Shown piece after piece: positions 11,900 through 46,191 of a DNA stretch of 64,000 nucleotides. A program made the position numbers and the translations under genes. The DNA is from Tubulanus polymorphus (taxonomy: Eukaryota > Animalia > Nemertea), in contig NC_134026.1 of NCBI RefSeq assembly GCF_964204645.1, forward strand, positions 19,874,150 through 19,938,149, read 5' to 3'. The notes beneath the pieces are model-generated. The model searched no databases. It saw only the letters and a list, made by a program, of their open reading frames with translations, and was not told the origin of the DNA. Each line of letters begins with the position of its first letter. Position 1 is the stretch's first letter.

Positions 11900-12060
11900 G
11901 TGAGAATGGTATTTCCATTCCACATTGGAACCTATGCATATTTTGCAACCACGGTCGAGATGCCATGCTTTACGATAATGCTGCGTTTAAAGGTGATTGG
12001 TTTCTGTATTTGTTCATCAGGGGCGTTTAATATTGAATGTGTCCCTGGACCCCTCGTTGT
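11900..12060. mobile_element. Degenerate fragment of the Helentron-type element family seen at 46192 and 48387
   Basis: Reverse strand GGGGTCCAGGGACAC..TTCAATATTAAACGCCCCTG matches the family terminus and the start of its tandem unit. Confidence 0.65.
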
Positions 12061-13280
12061 TAGTTCGATGGTCATTCGGGACCACGGTCGGACAGTCGTC
12101 AAGGACTGGGGTTGCAGTTGGGACCGGTCCCTTCCGGTTTGAAATAAGGCGACAAACAATGAATTGAAACAGAACTGTTATAATCAGTTTTACTCGCTTT
12201 GCGCTACAGGCATTTATTTCATAGATAACAGAAAATATAAGCAGCATTTCAAATAAAATACATTTCAATTGATTGAAAATTATTGATTTATTATATGAAA
12301 TTAAATAAATGAATCCATCAAGAAATCCTAATTCTAATCGATTAATCTAATCAGCCAATCAGCAGTGTTCATTTTCAACACGAGTTGATTTGAAATCGAT
12401 CGCGTCCAATTAAGAAAATAATCATTTTGAAAAAAACATTCGTTGAAAATGCTACGATTAGAGAAGATAAGATATATTACACCCTAACCACACTAAGTGG
12501 GACATAGGGGATTACAGTATTTATAACAGAAAGAAAAGAAAATTAGCATTATCACATAGAATGCTATTATCATAATATATTGCACATCAGTTTTGTCAAA
12601 TTTGTATACCTTTTTCCAATGATGAATCACATAGTTCTGAAAGAGACTACTACAAAAAAATTACAACTTAGTTTTGAACGTTGCTTTCACAAATTCAGCA
12701 ATTTTCGTCAGGAGATTTAAATTTTCAGATCTCATCATCGCGATTAATCTTTCCAAAGGTGAGCAGCATAGAATAGAGTTGAATATCAAATTCAAAAAAT
12801 AGTATCAAGTTTTGGACACATGATGAAAACCATCGTCAACAGTTTTGAGATGAAATCTCATACATAACCTCAAACGCCTCTCCTCATTTGAAAAATAATA
12901 ACTAATCATAAGTCGAAAATTCCAAATGGTAAACAATGCCGCTTTTCATCTCTGAGTGAATCTATGTACATTTCTTTTCCGTGACTATTTTAGATACATA
13001 ATATAAGGAGAATTGCTGTTTAGATTGAACATAATGTTAACCATTTATTTCTCTGATTATTTTCTATGGCAGTACGTATATTATTTTTTTCACAGATTTC
13101 CCGTTTTGTAAGTCCCAGATTCCATTCCCAATGCCGTACAAATTTTCTTTTACGTGCGAAATGTTTTACACAATGCCCTCTTTATTCTACGGTAGTCACC
13201 TAAGCGTAATCACGAGAGAGGTGAACCAGGTTTACAACAGTTCTAGCCTAACAAAGCAACTTAAAGTCCAATCTCTAATT

Positions 13281-16200
13281 TTACTTAAACCACCTAACAC
13301 CGGAAACAACCATAACGAGTATCACCATATTCATCCTGTAGATGGTAGCACTGTTACAATAGTCGTAATCAAATTTCAAATTTCATAATCAGATGTGCAG
13401 CAATACACTAGGGCCGAGTTCACGTTTTCTCCCCTGATGATGTCTAATGACTTGCTGCAATCCTTGAAGCAACCTCGAACAAACGCTGAAAATCTGTAAG
13501 CCACTTTCTAAAATAAAACAAACGGACGTGAGTTAAAAACCGGCGACTTAGCAACTAACTTCGCCGGGAGGTAATTAAATCAGCTCACTTACCCCGCATT
13601 GATAACCTTCAGGACACGTTATGTTCAGTATGTTCTCTTTGTAAAATTTATGCAATTCAGGTCTTGGCTTGGCAGTCGCACCTGTTGCGTCTTCTGGATC
13701 AAATTTACCGCGTGAGCATCCTTCCGTAAAATAAAGCTCTCTTCCGGTCTCGTTTGCGGCGTTAGATATAAAACCACCTGAATCAAATAACAAAACATTT
13801 ACACTGTGGCGACATCAGCAACACTCCCCTAAATTCTCCCCTAAAACTTCAAGAAGCTTTTTCAAATTATCAAAACTTATGGTGTATAAGTGGCATGGAA
13901 ACTGTTAACGTTAAACATTTAAATCGAGTCACTTTTCTTTATTAAACCCTGCATTCAATGAAGACTTTTGGCAATCCTTCAATGTAGTGTAAAATGGATT
14001 AAAAGACGTTGTTTTAGTTCAACTGCCAGTAAAGTCTGGAGTCCTATTACCACCTACCAGGGGCCAGTTGCTCAAAAGTTGGAAAGATAAGCAACCCCGT
14101 TATAAATCCTTGGACGCAGTTTGTCAAAGCGTCACGATTCATCTACGAAACGCGTGGTATACATAGGTTATTATGAACAGATATTACCGGTACTTGGTAA
14201 CTATACAGACATAACCATATATTCTAACGTTTTGTCATGTATAACCGAAACTGACTGAGGTAGCCCACCAAATGCACAGGGGCTCGTATCATAAGTTTGG
14301 GGGTAAACAGTAGCTCAGATCATCCAGTATCCCTGGTACTATATATAGTTCTTTTTATATATGGTACCAGGGATACTGGATGATCTAAGCTACAGTTCAC
14401 CCCCAAACTTATGATACGAGCCCCCGTGACCAAATGTGCTCTCAAGTCAAGTTGAAATAGACATAAGATATTGATGTGACAAATGAACTTACTTTCTTCA
14501 GCTAATCGTTTAATCTTATCATATTGTGTCTTATAACCGTCTTCATGATATTCACAAGATGCGCAGACCATGTCTTGAACAGCTGACGCTGAAATAGATG
14601 AACCTAGGACCTACAACTTTAATGCGGTAGAATCTCTGGTAAAATGACAAAACTGATCATGGAAATCGTCTGAACAGAAAATAAAGTGGCGTTCTAAATA
14701 ATTGATATATTCTATAAGTACATAAACCATAATTTCCAAATATGGCATTTGGCAAAATTCAGTATCATCTATGAGGTCAGGGTCAAGGTCAAGCCCCGTT
14801 GGCCACTCACAGAGGTTGGCTGAGTTTCCTTTTTTTATAGTGGAAAACTTTCTTATCAATCAATGTATTTTTGGAATAAAATGTATTTCCAAGATATTAA
14901 GAATAATATCATGGATAATGAATGTGAATAAGTACTCCTTCACATATATAAGTGTTCCTTTCAGTATTTAAAAAAGTTTCTACAATAACTACATTTTTAA
15001 GGTTAACTTCTGAGAAATGCCCTTCCCTCAAATCTTGAAATATATCAAAACTGATCTTTCAGGTTCGATTTAGTAAAATTGATAGATAAAAAAGTTTCAA
15101 AATTTAGTGCGGCAGGCATAATTCCATTCACTGATTTTCATACTTAATGCTTTAGTTCCACCCGTTAATGTAAAAATTTCTCGGGTTCAAGCCAAGTATA
15201 GCGTGGAATAGTTCCCCGCGCAAAGATACATTAAAAAAGGAGTAATTCGAATGCGCACTCTTTCTCAAATGCGTTTTCTACCAACATACAGACAAACAGA
15301 CATACCGACAAACTGGCATGACAAAAAAATCTTTCGGGGGGGGGGGGGTAATTCGTCTACGAACTTTGCGTTTTTCGACTTACACACCGACAAACCGACA
15401 TACCCATAGTCGGTTTGTCAGTATGTCAAAATATATGACGCGTGACTAATCTATTTTTGGACAACCCTGTATTCAATATGGCGGGATATCATTTAAGTGT
15501 GAGCAGTCCATCAGTTATATGTATCGTCCCCCCAGACACGTGGCGCCCCTGTCAAGGCAAGGCCTATAAGCTTGACTTAACAAATCGACTGATGATTTTT
15601 TAAATGACCAACGGGTGGATTTAAAGTGCAAAAATCGTCACTAAAATTTAGTCAGATTGATTTCTACTCAATAAGATTTGCAAGTCCGTAGATAGCGTTT
15701 TGCCACTTTACTGTACGCTGCCTAAAATGTCCATTTCAACTTTGCTTGAGAGGATCTGGTGGATTCATTTTAGTAGCACGTACTAGAATAGGTCGTGATA
15801 GAACCAGCACCCAGATGGGTAGCTTAACTAAAACATTGTTTTTAATCCATTTTACACTGTATTGAAGGATTGAAAAAAGTCTTCATTGAAACGGGTTAAA
15901 TCATAGAAAAGAAACACCATTTATCAGTTTAACGATGCAATATGTTTAATTACCAAAAATTATGGTATGTAGGCATGGAAACATATCGTGGAACATTCAA
16001 ATTATGGAGTCACTCAACCACATTCAAAGAAGACTTGTCAATATAATCCATCAATAAAGTTTAAGATGTATTAAAATCTGATTAAAATCAACATCAGGCT
16101 GAGGCAAAGTTGAAAAAGACATCAGACAGCCGAAATAGATACAAAAATCAAGAATGCGATTTACTACCTCAATACGTTTTTGATCATATTCTATTCTGGG

Positions 16201-16315
16201 ACGGGAAACACAGTGCTTATCATCACGTTAAAATACCCTGAACAAATTTACCATGAGAAAACAGGACAAGTTAAACTGCTGCCGCCGCCACAAACATTAT
16301 CTGTAACTGATCCAT
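13281..16315 (-). pseudogene. Ly6/uPAR three-finger (quiver/sleepless-like) GPI-type protein gene, disabled; exons 16315-16252, 14603-14493, 13777-13593, 13507-13281
   Basis: Spliced product: signal peptide MDQLQIMFVAAAAV*LVLFSHG, then CASC..C..CPEGYQC..RGCFKDC..CC..(frameshift)..DYCN and a hydrophobic tail SATIYRMNMVILVMVVSGVRWFK. Ten Cys in LU spacing; TAA at 16271-16273; one base missing near 13381-13383. Confidence 0.8.
14275..14428. mobile_element. 154-bp palindromic MITE with CACAGGG terminus (P/hAT-like)
   Basis: Nearly the whole element is an inverted repeat; exact 8-bp TSD ACCAAATG at 14267-14274 and 14429-14436. Confidence 0.9.
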
Positions 16316-17471
16316 CCTTCCGTAGAGTCCTCTGTTACCAGTAGAACTGCTGTCGTCTGTATCCAGTAGAACTGATAGTCTGCCTCTCACGGGTGCTCTC
16401 CTATCTCAGCGGACACCGTTTGAGCTTCACAAAATATTTAGAAGTTATAGATAATGAAGGCGGTTTGAAGAATTTAATTTTATTCTATGAAAACAATTTT
16501 CAGTTGAACAAGAACGGATTTAATACATTATATAATAGTAATCTGAATTTTAAAATTCCTGGAGCTAGACTACATCCCTCTTTCCCGACTAAAGAACACT
16601 TTACTGAATTGCTGAAACATAGAGATACAGTCAAAACTGATTCTTCTGGACTAGAAACTATTCCATTAATTTCATCAGCTCAATTTCAGCCGGAAAAAAA
16701 CTCGTAATATATAAATATAATTAAATTCGTTCACTCTAAAACATGATCGATTATTTCATACCAAACGACCAGTTATAATTAAAGTTATAATTTTTATTTT
16801 GTCTTCCCTAAGCCGCGCATTGTATGGTTGTCACTAACAGTTACACATATCATTGTTTTATATTGTTTAATTTGAATATCGTTACTACTGTGGCAAAAAG
16901 CTAGCCGATAAAAACAAAGTATATACAGTGAAAATATTTATGATTTCGTGTAATTCTATTTTTACTGATAACTGAGGAGGGTTGGCTCGAAATTTCGATG
17001 TAAATAAATGTATCTCGTATACAAGTATTGTAACCATGATGATGATGATGACGATGATGATGATATTCGAATAAAGTTAAGATGATGATTTAACAACCAG
17101 TTATATTCTTGATTAGCACAAAGATGGGGAGTCTTAGACAGTTACTCTAGTTATACGCAAAGGAAACTCTATTGACTAGTCGTCACGGGTCGATCACTCT
17201 GCTTTGCTCTGAGCACTTGTCAACGCTTTTTGCAAACGCAAAATTCAACGATGATACTCCACCTGTTTATATCGCTGCTCACCTGTAAATGCAAAACAAT
17301 AGATGGAATTTGACGGTCTCAAACAAATCCCTTCGTCCACCTACTAGTGTAAGTATAAATACAATACCGAAATATTTAAGTGAACACCGTATACGTTATA
17401 ACAACGCTCTACCGACAGCTACCTACAGCTTTCAGCAAAGAAACAGTCATCCGGCGAATTCCGCATAGAAA

Positions 17472-18497
17472 ATGAAAGGAAAGGAGAATTTTGTTCATGG
17501 TTCAAGTGAAAACGGTCCACCTGGTAAATATAAACCGACTTTCCGAAAGAACAAAACCACTTTAAAGTATAAGAAGCGTTATTACATCATATTTCATTTC
17601 GTAAAAGGTCTAATTTACAACTATAGCGATGTATATACCAGTCAACCCCCGATATACCGCCCTCCCATTCACCGCCAGTCCCACCTACAGCCATGTACAT
17701 CTCAATACAAATACATAGTAAAACACCCCCGATATACCTCGATAATCGTTGTGCACCGATGTGGGCAGTATATCGGGTATTGATCACTGTATATGCCTTC
17801 GATAAAACGAATGCGGTGCCTTTCCTGAAAAAGTTGTCTCAGATACGCTCCATGAAACCGATAAACTTTTCCCGGTTTCTCCGACGTAATCATTTCCTCT
17901 AATATAATTCGTTCCACGAATTGAGAGATTTTCCACAACCCGTAAGGCCGCAAACTAACATAGTAAAAAACAGCGTTTAAATTTCACGGGCCCGTACATA
18001 TTCATATACAATTTCATCCGTAAGTGCATTAGATAATAGTAACGTAGGTTTTTTGCTTTGATTTTATAGGTTCGGTGTATTCGTGCCCAGTCTGCGCGCC
18101 TATAAAGATATTCTCCAGAAAAGACGCTTTGAAACGACACATGAAGAGACACGACGACAACGATGATTGGCTTCATTGCTCGATATGTTCGAGGCGATTT
18201 AGTCGTCGGGACTGTCTTCAGAGGCACTATAAAATGATACACGGAAGCGGTGTAAAATGTGACGCCATTCAACCGTCGACGTCAAAATCGTACACCCAGT
18301 CGTCAATGTCTCCTTCTACTACACCATTAGAAAATGATGCTCAAAATAACAAGAAACGCAGGGCCGCGGCAAACGGGATGATTTCTGAACATGAAAGTAC
18401 ACAGAACTTTAGGCCTATATATAATATAGTAATCAACGTTTATACAGTGGAACCTCGTTACAGCGATTTTTACGGGACCTGGAAATGTGTTTATTAA
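17472..18497 (+). CDS. Small C2H2 zinc-finger protein (two fingers); exon 17472-17523 spliced to 18070 onward; 3' end uncertain
   Basis: YSCPVCAPIKIFSRKDALKRHMKRH and LHCSICSRRFSRRDCLQRHYKMIH; phase-1 GT-AG intron; TATAAATA at ~17354; KKRR basic patch. Confidence 0.72.
17639..17789. mobile_element. pogo/Tigger-like MITE (further copies ~19320-19436 and 22979-23103)
   Basis: CAGTCAACCCCCGATATA...TATATCGGG..CTG termini; the AATCGTT(G/C)TGCACCGATGTGGG core is shared by the three copies. Confidence 0.75.
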
Positions 18498-18603
18498 ACG
18501 AATCCGATAGTTCGTTACATCCGGTAGTATGAAATTAATCAAATTTTCTTACCCGAGACGAAATTCTATATTTGTTATATCCGATGTATCCGAGGTTCCG
18601 CTG
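18445..18603. mobile_element. pogo/Tigger-like MITE
   Basis: TA-CAGTGGAACCTCG...CGAGGTTCCGCTG-TA; TA target duplication. Confidence 0.85.
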
Positions 18604-20649
18604 TATGTATGCGGTTTTATCGCGTGTTGGAAAACGCGTGAACGTGAAATTTTGAATCACGTTTTATTGCGTAGCAATCATTGCACAAATGCAAAAATTC
18701 GTATGCAATTTTTATTGCATTTTTGAAAGTTATAATATGTGAATATAGCGTGTGAATATAGCGTTTGACATCATTCCTTATTCGTCTAAGAAAAGAATAA
18801 GAAAAACAGAAAAGAAAATCGTCATTTTTACATTTTCTATTTACAAAATACATATTCTTATTCATATAGTACACATATATTCTTATTCATTTATATGTTA
18901 TTTTTTACTAAATACTCCGAGGAACATATCCATGTTTTGATCATCGACAGGAATAATCGATTACGGACAATAAACACATTTACACCCAGGTGTGGTATAT
19001 GGTGATCGGTATAGTAAAAACATTCTGGAAGTTTTAACAGTCCGGGTTCCGCTGTTTCGAAATCTATTTTGCGGAGGCATAGCCATTGCCCTAAACTAAG
19101 ATCATCACCGTCGTGTCGATATCTGATGTCGGTATAAATACGTCAAGTATCGTGATGTGAAAATATTTTCACTATTAGTAAAAAGTTCGATCTTCCTAAA
19201 TGCTGAACGAAAATATGGTCCTCATCTTTTTATACGTTCGTTTTCGTGCTCGATCTCGGCGAAACAGGATGCCCTATGGGTCCATTCTTGCAAATGTAGC
19301 GAAACACCTGTCTTAGTAGGGTATACCGCCCACATCGGTGCAGAACGATTTTGGCGGCATAGAGAGTATAGCGGTATATCGGGTGTGATTTACTACGTAT
19401 TTGTATAGTGATATACATAGAGAAAATCTGGCGGTAGGGCCACAACCGAAAAAATCTTGGGCGGGGCAATCACCAAAATGGGTAGGTAGGTAGGGATTTT
19501 TTTTCTTTATATAGAAAATACAATTTTGGGGGATTTTTTCTCTTTTTATAGAAAATCCAATTTTGGGTATACTTCTGAAATTGGGTAGGTCGCCGTAAAT
19601 ACTTTTTTTACAGGAACAAATTCTTAGTCAGGAATAAAATATATATATATGAATTAAAAATTTATTATATCTATAATTTTATGATGTGGATCTCAGTGCC
19701 GACATATGACGATTTGATTTAAAAGAAACAAATATTTACGAGAATGGAGAGTTTGATAGTTAGGGTAAGATTGCAAAATCTGATAGTACAAGTAAAATTG
19801 AAATTCAAAGACAAATGTACATACCATCATTTCGCTTTTCCGACGGAATTGGATATTCTTGGTAGATATTATTGAGCTAAATCTGATATCATTTAATTTG
19901 AATTTTTGGCGCATTTCAAAAGACTTTCCAGTGACGGTTCCAGAAGCGTACTTGTACTCCAGCAGAAAGAAATGAAAAGGGCATGTAGTAAAAAGTGCAA
20001 GTATCCGGACACAGCGCCAAAACATGGGTCAGGAAAATCTATGAATTCCAGTGTATTTTCATACAACTTCTGGACACTTGAGTGACATATAGAATAGCTA
20101 AATCTTGCGCTGCGGACTGCTGTTCTATTATTCGTGGGTGGAAAATTGCCCGGAAAAAATGATGCCATCGTATTTTCAAAAAGGGACGGAAGATTTGCGA
20201 TAGCAGCACGCGCCCTTAACGCTCCCGCCCCTGCTTTGACAGACACAACACGCTCCTGGCAGAAAGGTGATTACTTCAGCAGATTTAAAACCACATAATT
20301 AACGGTTAGATTACTTGCATCATACGGCGCAGTATACGGTACGCGCAAGACTCGAACATCGGTCAGTAATAGTTCTGACAGAAGGGGCAAATATTTATCC
20401 AGTTATTGTAGCTGAAAGTTTATTTAAGGTACGCAGAGTGAGCTAATTGCCCTATTGGTCTCGTTATTGACAAATCGCTAGATCTTGGCGAAGAAATAAT
20501 TTCCGTCTAGTGAGATTAGAACCGAGCACGGATCGACGACGAATATACGCACGAGGGTGGATACTTTCAGAAAGTGAGTTACGGGGATTGATTCGGGGAC
20601 TTCGCGCCTGAATCGAGGGGAATATGAAACAAGATTACGATACAGAAGC

Positions 20650-22827
20650 ATGATGGTAAGTCATTGATTTATTATTTCTTCATTTAAATACCTTTAGTCT
20701 GATCACCAGACGATGTTATGGATCGAACAACAGTTAGATACATAAGATGCCCATGCCTTGCCTACTTAGTAGTTAATAACCCATTCAGTATGGATCAGGG
20801 GGGTGATAAACCTCAGCTTATCAATTCAAAAGCGCGAAAGAAACTCTTCCAATTTAAGTGTCTCATTGTCACAATTCATATTTAGAAATAGTCCACGCAT
20901 TCCCTATAGGTAAATGTTGGCCTTTGAGTTCGCGCAATTATCATCATATTGCGATCCATTGCCCACAAGTGCAGCATTGTTTTCAAGCGTTCAGGTTGTC
21001 TACGAACTGTACCATTGACTTTTTCATCCATGGTTGAATCAAATATAGAACACTGCGTGCTACTGGATTTTCACTTCGATGTAAATAGGTATTCTTAAGC
21101 CAAATTAATAAATCAATTCATTAAATGAACACTCAATATCTTGATGCAATCTATTTACAGCCTGCACCAATACCGACATTTTTTTGCCCTTCCAAAATTT
21201 GATCACAGGACTTCACACATTTTGTTCATAATAATTGAAAATTGACTTAGCAATGGACTACAAATGCAGAACATTCAACAAACTTGACAACTTGAATGAT
21301 CTTTTCTAACTCGCTTTTCCAGGTTTCAAAAGACGAAATAGGCGCTTTTTTCAACCGGTTTAAGGTCTAGAGGGTGTAGGGATAGGGATTTTACTCTCTA
21401 CTTCCAATAAGCAATTTGCCTAACATGAACATATGAATGGTGCGACAGAAAACGATGATGATGAAATTGAAATTATGAAATAATGCATGGAAAACGTAAT
21501 TGCAAATTTTCAATATTGTCTATGTAGACATAGAAGTGACCTTAATGGATGTGACAAGTTGTTAAAAATCAACAACAAAGATAATTGGTGTATTTCAAAG
21601 CAGGAGTGCACCTTTTTGGAAATGAAAGAACCCTAAACAGATATAAGTTCTTCAAAATTAGCCCCTCAGTGCAGGAGTACGCCTAATATTGCCTTTTTCG
21701 GATATTGAGGTGCCTTTTTAGGCTTTGACAGGTCCTTCAAAATTAGCCCCCGGATCCGCCAACCTGTAATCAAAGTGTATCTCGTTATGTTTTTACATTT
21801 GCAGGATGCGTACAAGGCCATGAAAATATTCGTCATATCATGCTACATATTTTTCGGCGTCGCCGGAAATCTATTGATCATAATCGCCGTCGCTCGCAAG
21901 AAAAAACTACAAGTAACAACAAGCGTTTTCATCGTCAACGTCGCCATTTCCGACATGGTAGTCGCCGCCGTCGTGATGCCGACGATTCTGGTAAATCTGC
22001 TCACCGACGGACGCATGGTCGGCTACGACGAATGCGTGTTTTTCGCGTTCGTCCTGCTCACGTCGTGCGGCGTATCGTTGATCAGTCTTTCGTTGATCGC
22101 GTTCAACCGTTACGTCAACGTCTGCCATCACGCGTACTACAAACGCGTGTTCGAAAACCGTTTCGTCGTCGTAATGGTCGCCGCCGTTTGGAGTTTTTCG
22201 TTCTCGATAGTCGCCATCGGTAGTTTCACGCCGCTCGCGAAATTCAGCTACGACCCGCGGCTGTACACGTGCACGTACATCAACCGAGAATCGCGCGTGT
22301 ACACGTTATTGCTGATGACGGTCGGCATCGTTTTACCCTGCGTGCTGACGTCGTTCGGCTACATCAAAATCTTCCGGAAAATCCGCGACTCTCAGAACAA
22401 CATGATGGCGCACGCGTCCGCGACGCATAACAATAAGGAAAAGAAAGCCATATTCGCGATGTTTTCGGCGTTCGCGGCGTTCGCTATTTGTTGGTTTCCG
22501 TACGGTACGATTGCGATCGTCGACGCGTTCACGAAAGGAATCTCCGACGAGGCTCATTTGATCGTCGCGTGGCTCGCGTTCGGCAACTGTTCGTTGAACT
22601 GGCTCATCTACGGCGGGTTGAACTCGAATTTTCGACAAGGATACAAGAAAATCTTCGTTACCTGCCGCAGTCGCAACAAAAGAGCGATCGCCGATTCGAC
22701 GACGACACAGACGAACGGGAATCTACATCGAGCGAAACGGGATACTCGGACCTCCGTCGTAAATCTACCGCAGAGACAGATGATCAGCGCTAGTTCAACT
22801 GTTCCCACTTTATCGGAAACATCATAA
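20650..22827 (+). CDS. Rhodopsin-class GPCR, melatonin-receptor-like; probable micro-exon ATGATG 20650-20655 plus main exon 21805-22827
   Basis: Seven hydrophobic segments, GNxxxI, NVAISD, AFNRYVNVCH (NRY as in melatonin receptors), CWFPY, NCSLNWLIYG; acceptor TTTGCAG at 21804 and donor ATG|GTAAGT at 20655. Confidence 0.88.
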
Positions 22828-22978
22828 CATTACGTACTGCATATTTAAAAATGTATTCATTATAGAGGAGTGTAAATAAACAGATGCCGGTTCATTAATA
22901 CAGATCAGACACTACCCGATATCTCTAATCGTAGTAGTTTTTACAAAAATGAGAATAATTTCACTTCATAATGTAGTA

Positions 22979-23103
22979 CAGTCAACCCCCCCCCCCGATA
23001 TATCACCCACATCGGTGCAGAACGATTTTGGTGGTATAGAGAGTATGGCCGTATATCGGGGGCGGTGGTATATTGTTAATACTCGTATATCGGGAGTTGA
23101 CTG
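22979..23103. mobile_element. pogo/Tigger-like MITE downstream of the GPCR
   Basis: TA-CAGTCAACCCC...GGGAGTTGACTG inverted termini. Confidence 0.8.
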
Positions 23104-24141
23104 CAGTTAAAATGAAAATGAGAAATTTTCTGATTTTGAGAGTATTTTGATTATTTTGGGAGTGGTTGAGCTCCAGAAACTACTATCGACTAGTTAGTAG
23201 TCGTATTCAGGTCTGTTAATACTCGAATATTGCCGCTTATATTGATTGCCCTTTCAAATTAAAAGCATTGTCAGAGTCAATATTGTTCGACCGAGATCAA
23301 AACCGAGATGAAGTTTGTTTTGAATGTGCAGGCATTCTAAGAAGTATTGGCGAGCATTCCCGTAACAACACCGCGTATTGCTCTTATGAGATTCGATACA
23401 AATATCCATATCTACCTCGCAGATTGCTGAATAAACAAGAATGTTTGCCGACGAAATATACGTAACAATTTCAATTTCGTTAAAATATCTAATATAAAAT
23501 CCCAACCGATGAGTATATAGACATTTATTGCTAATCTAATGGATTGTCAAAATTGCACTATTACCTAGTTATTACAGATGAGAAATACCACTTACGGGAG
23601 AGGTACTGCTTGCTGCATACAAATGTTATAAATAAGCTAATTAGAAGTTAACATCATCTGTTCCCGAACTATTCAAACCTATCATGTTTGCATACATTAA
23701 CATTCTAGTATCTTTACCATGCATTTAAAATCCGAAAATTTTAGTATAGTTACAACGTTTTATTAAAATCACAATTTTCTGAACATATTTTCCTACTGAG
23801 GCAAATACCTTGTTTGGTCATGGGGAATTTATACATCAAGGGCGGATCCGGAAACAAACTCTGAGGGTCTTACCAAATTCTTTTCGGGCAAAGTAATTAG
23901 AAAAGGGCATTCTGTTAGTACCCTTTTGACAGAAAAAGCTGTTCATTTCACTGATATGAAGTGAAAGTGTTGTAAGTTCCCCTGAATCCACCCCTGACAC
24001 TGGCTAGCTTATTAAACAAGCAACTCTTTCATTCAAACTACATATAGTGAACAATACACCGATATGATTGATGATTGATGAAATATCAGTCTTTTCAGAC
24101 CAGATTACCTGATATATCTAATTTCAGTAGTTTGCGCCTAA

Positions 24142-24393
24142 CAGGGCGGCCACTTTCCACCAATTTACAAATTCCGATGTTACAACACAAAATTCCCTGA
24201 GTAAATCCGAGGAATTTCTTAAAATGTTACAATTCATTAATTTTTTATGAATCCCATTTTGATAAAGAAACGCTTGAACAAATAACATATCAAAATAACC
24301 TGAGTTTTCCAGGTTTATTTGGCAAAAATTCCCTGGTTCCCTGAGTTTTCCCTGATTTTTTGTTCCAGGTTTTTCAGGTCAGTGGCCACCCTG
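24142..24393. mobile_element. hAT-like MITE
   Basis: CAGGGCGGCCACT...AGTGGCCACCCTG termini with AAATTCCCTG subrepeats; no clear TSD; related fragments near 28840-29060 and 43860-43970. Confidence 0.65.
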
Positions 24394-24589
24394 AAAAATG
24401 AGAGTAATTTGAAATACAAGATAGTTGATAATTTGAAATACAAGATAGTAGTTTAATTGAAAATTAACTAGAAATCATTCTGATTTTGAGAGTATTTTTG
24501 ATATTTTTCGTCGTAGTTGAGCACTAAGAAAAAGAGCTTAATCTACTCTCAAATCATAGTTGTAGTCAGGTCTGGTCTGTTAATCGACA

Positions 24590-46083
<21,494 letters not shown>

Positions 46084-46191
46084 CGTGGCATCAGCTCAGA
46101 CCATCTGAAAATTACAATCACTATTAGGCCACGTGTCAATGCACTATTAGGCCACGTGTCAATGCACGTCAATTTCGGGGAGTCGGAGTAA

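Noticed and set aside
11855-12268. Overlapping short ORFs suggesting a secreted protein
   Set aside because: They overlap a degenerate HINE fragment and have no consistent splice structure.
21840-22808. Arg-rich alternative-frame and antisense ORFs over the GPCR (likewise over 32526-33965)
   Set aside because: By-products of CG-rich codon usage in the real CDS.
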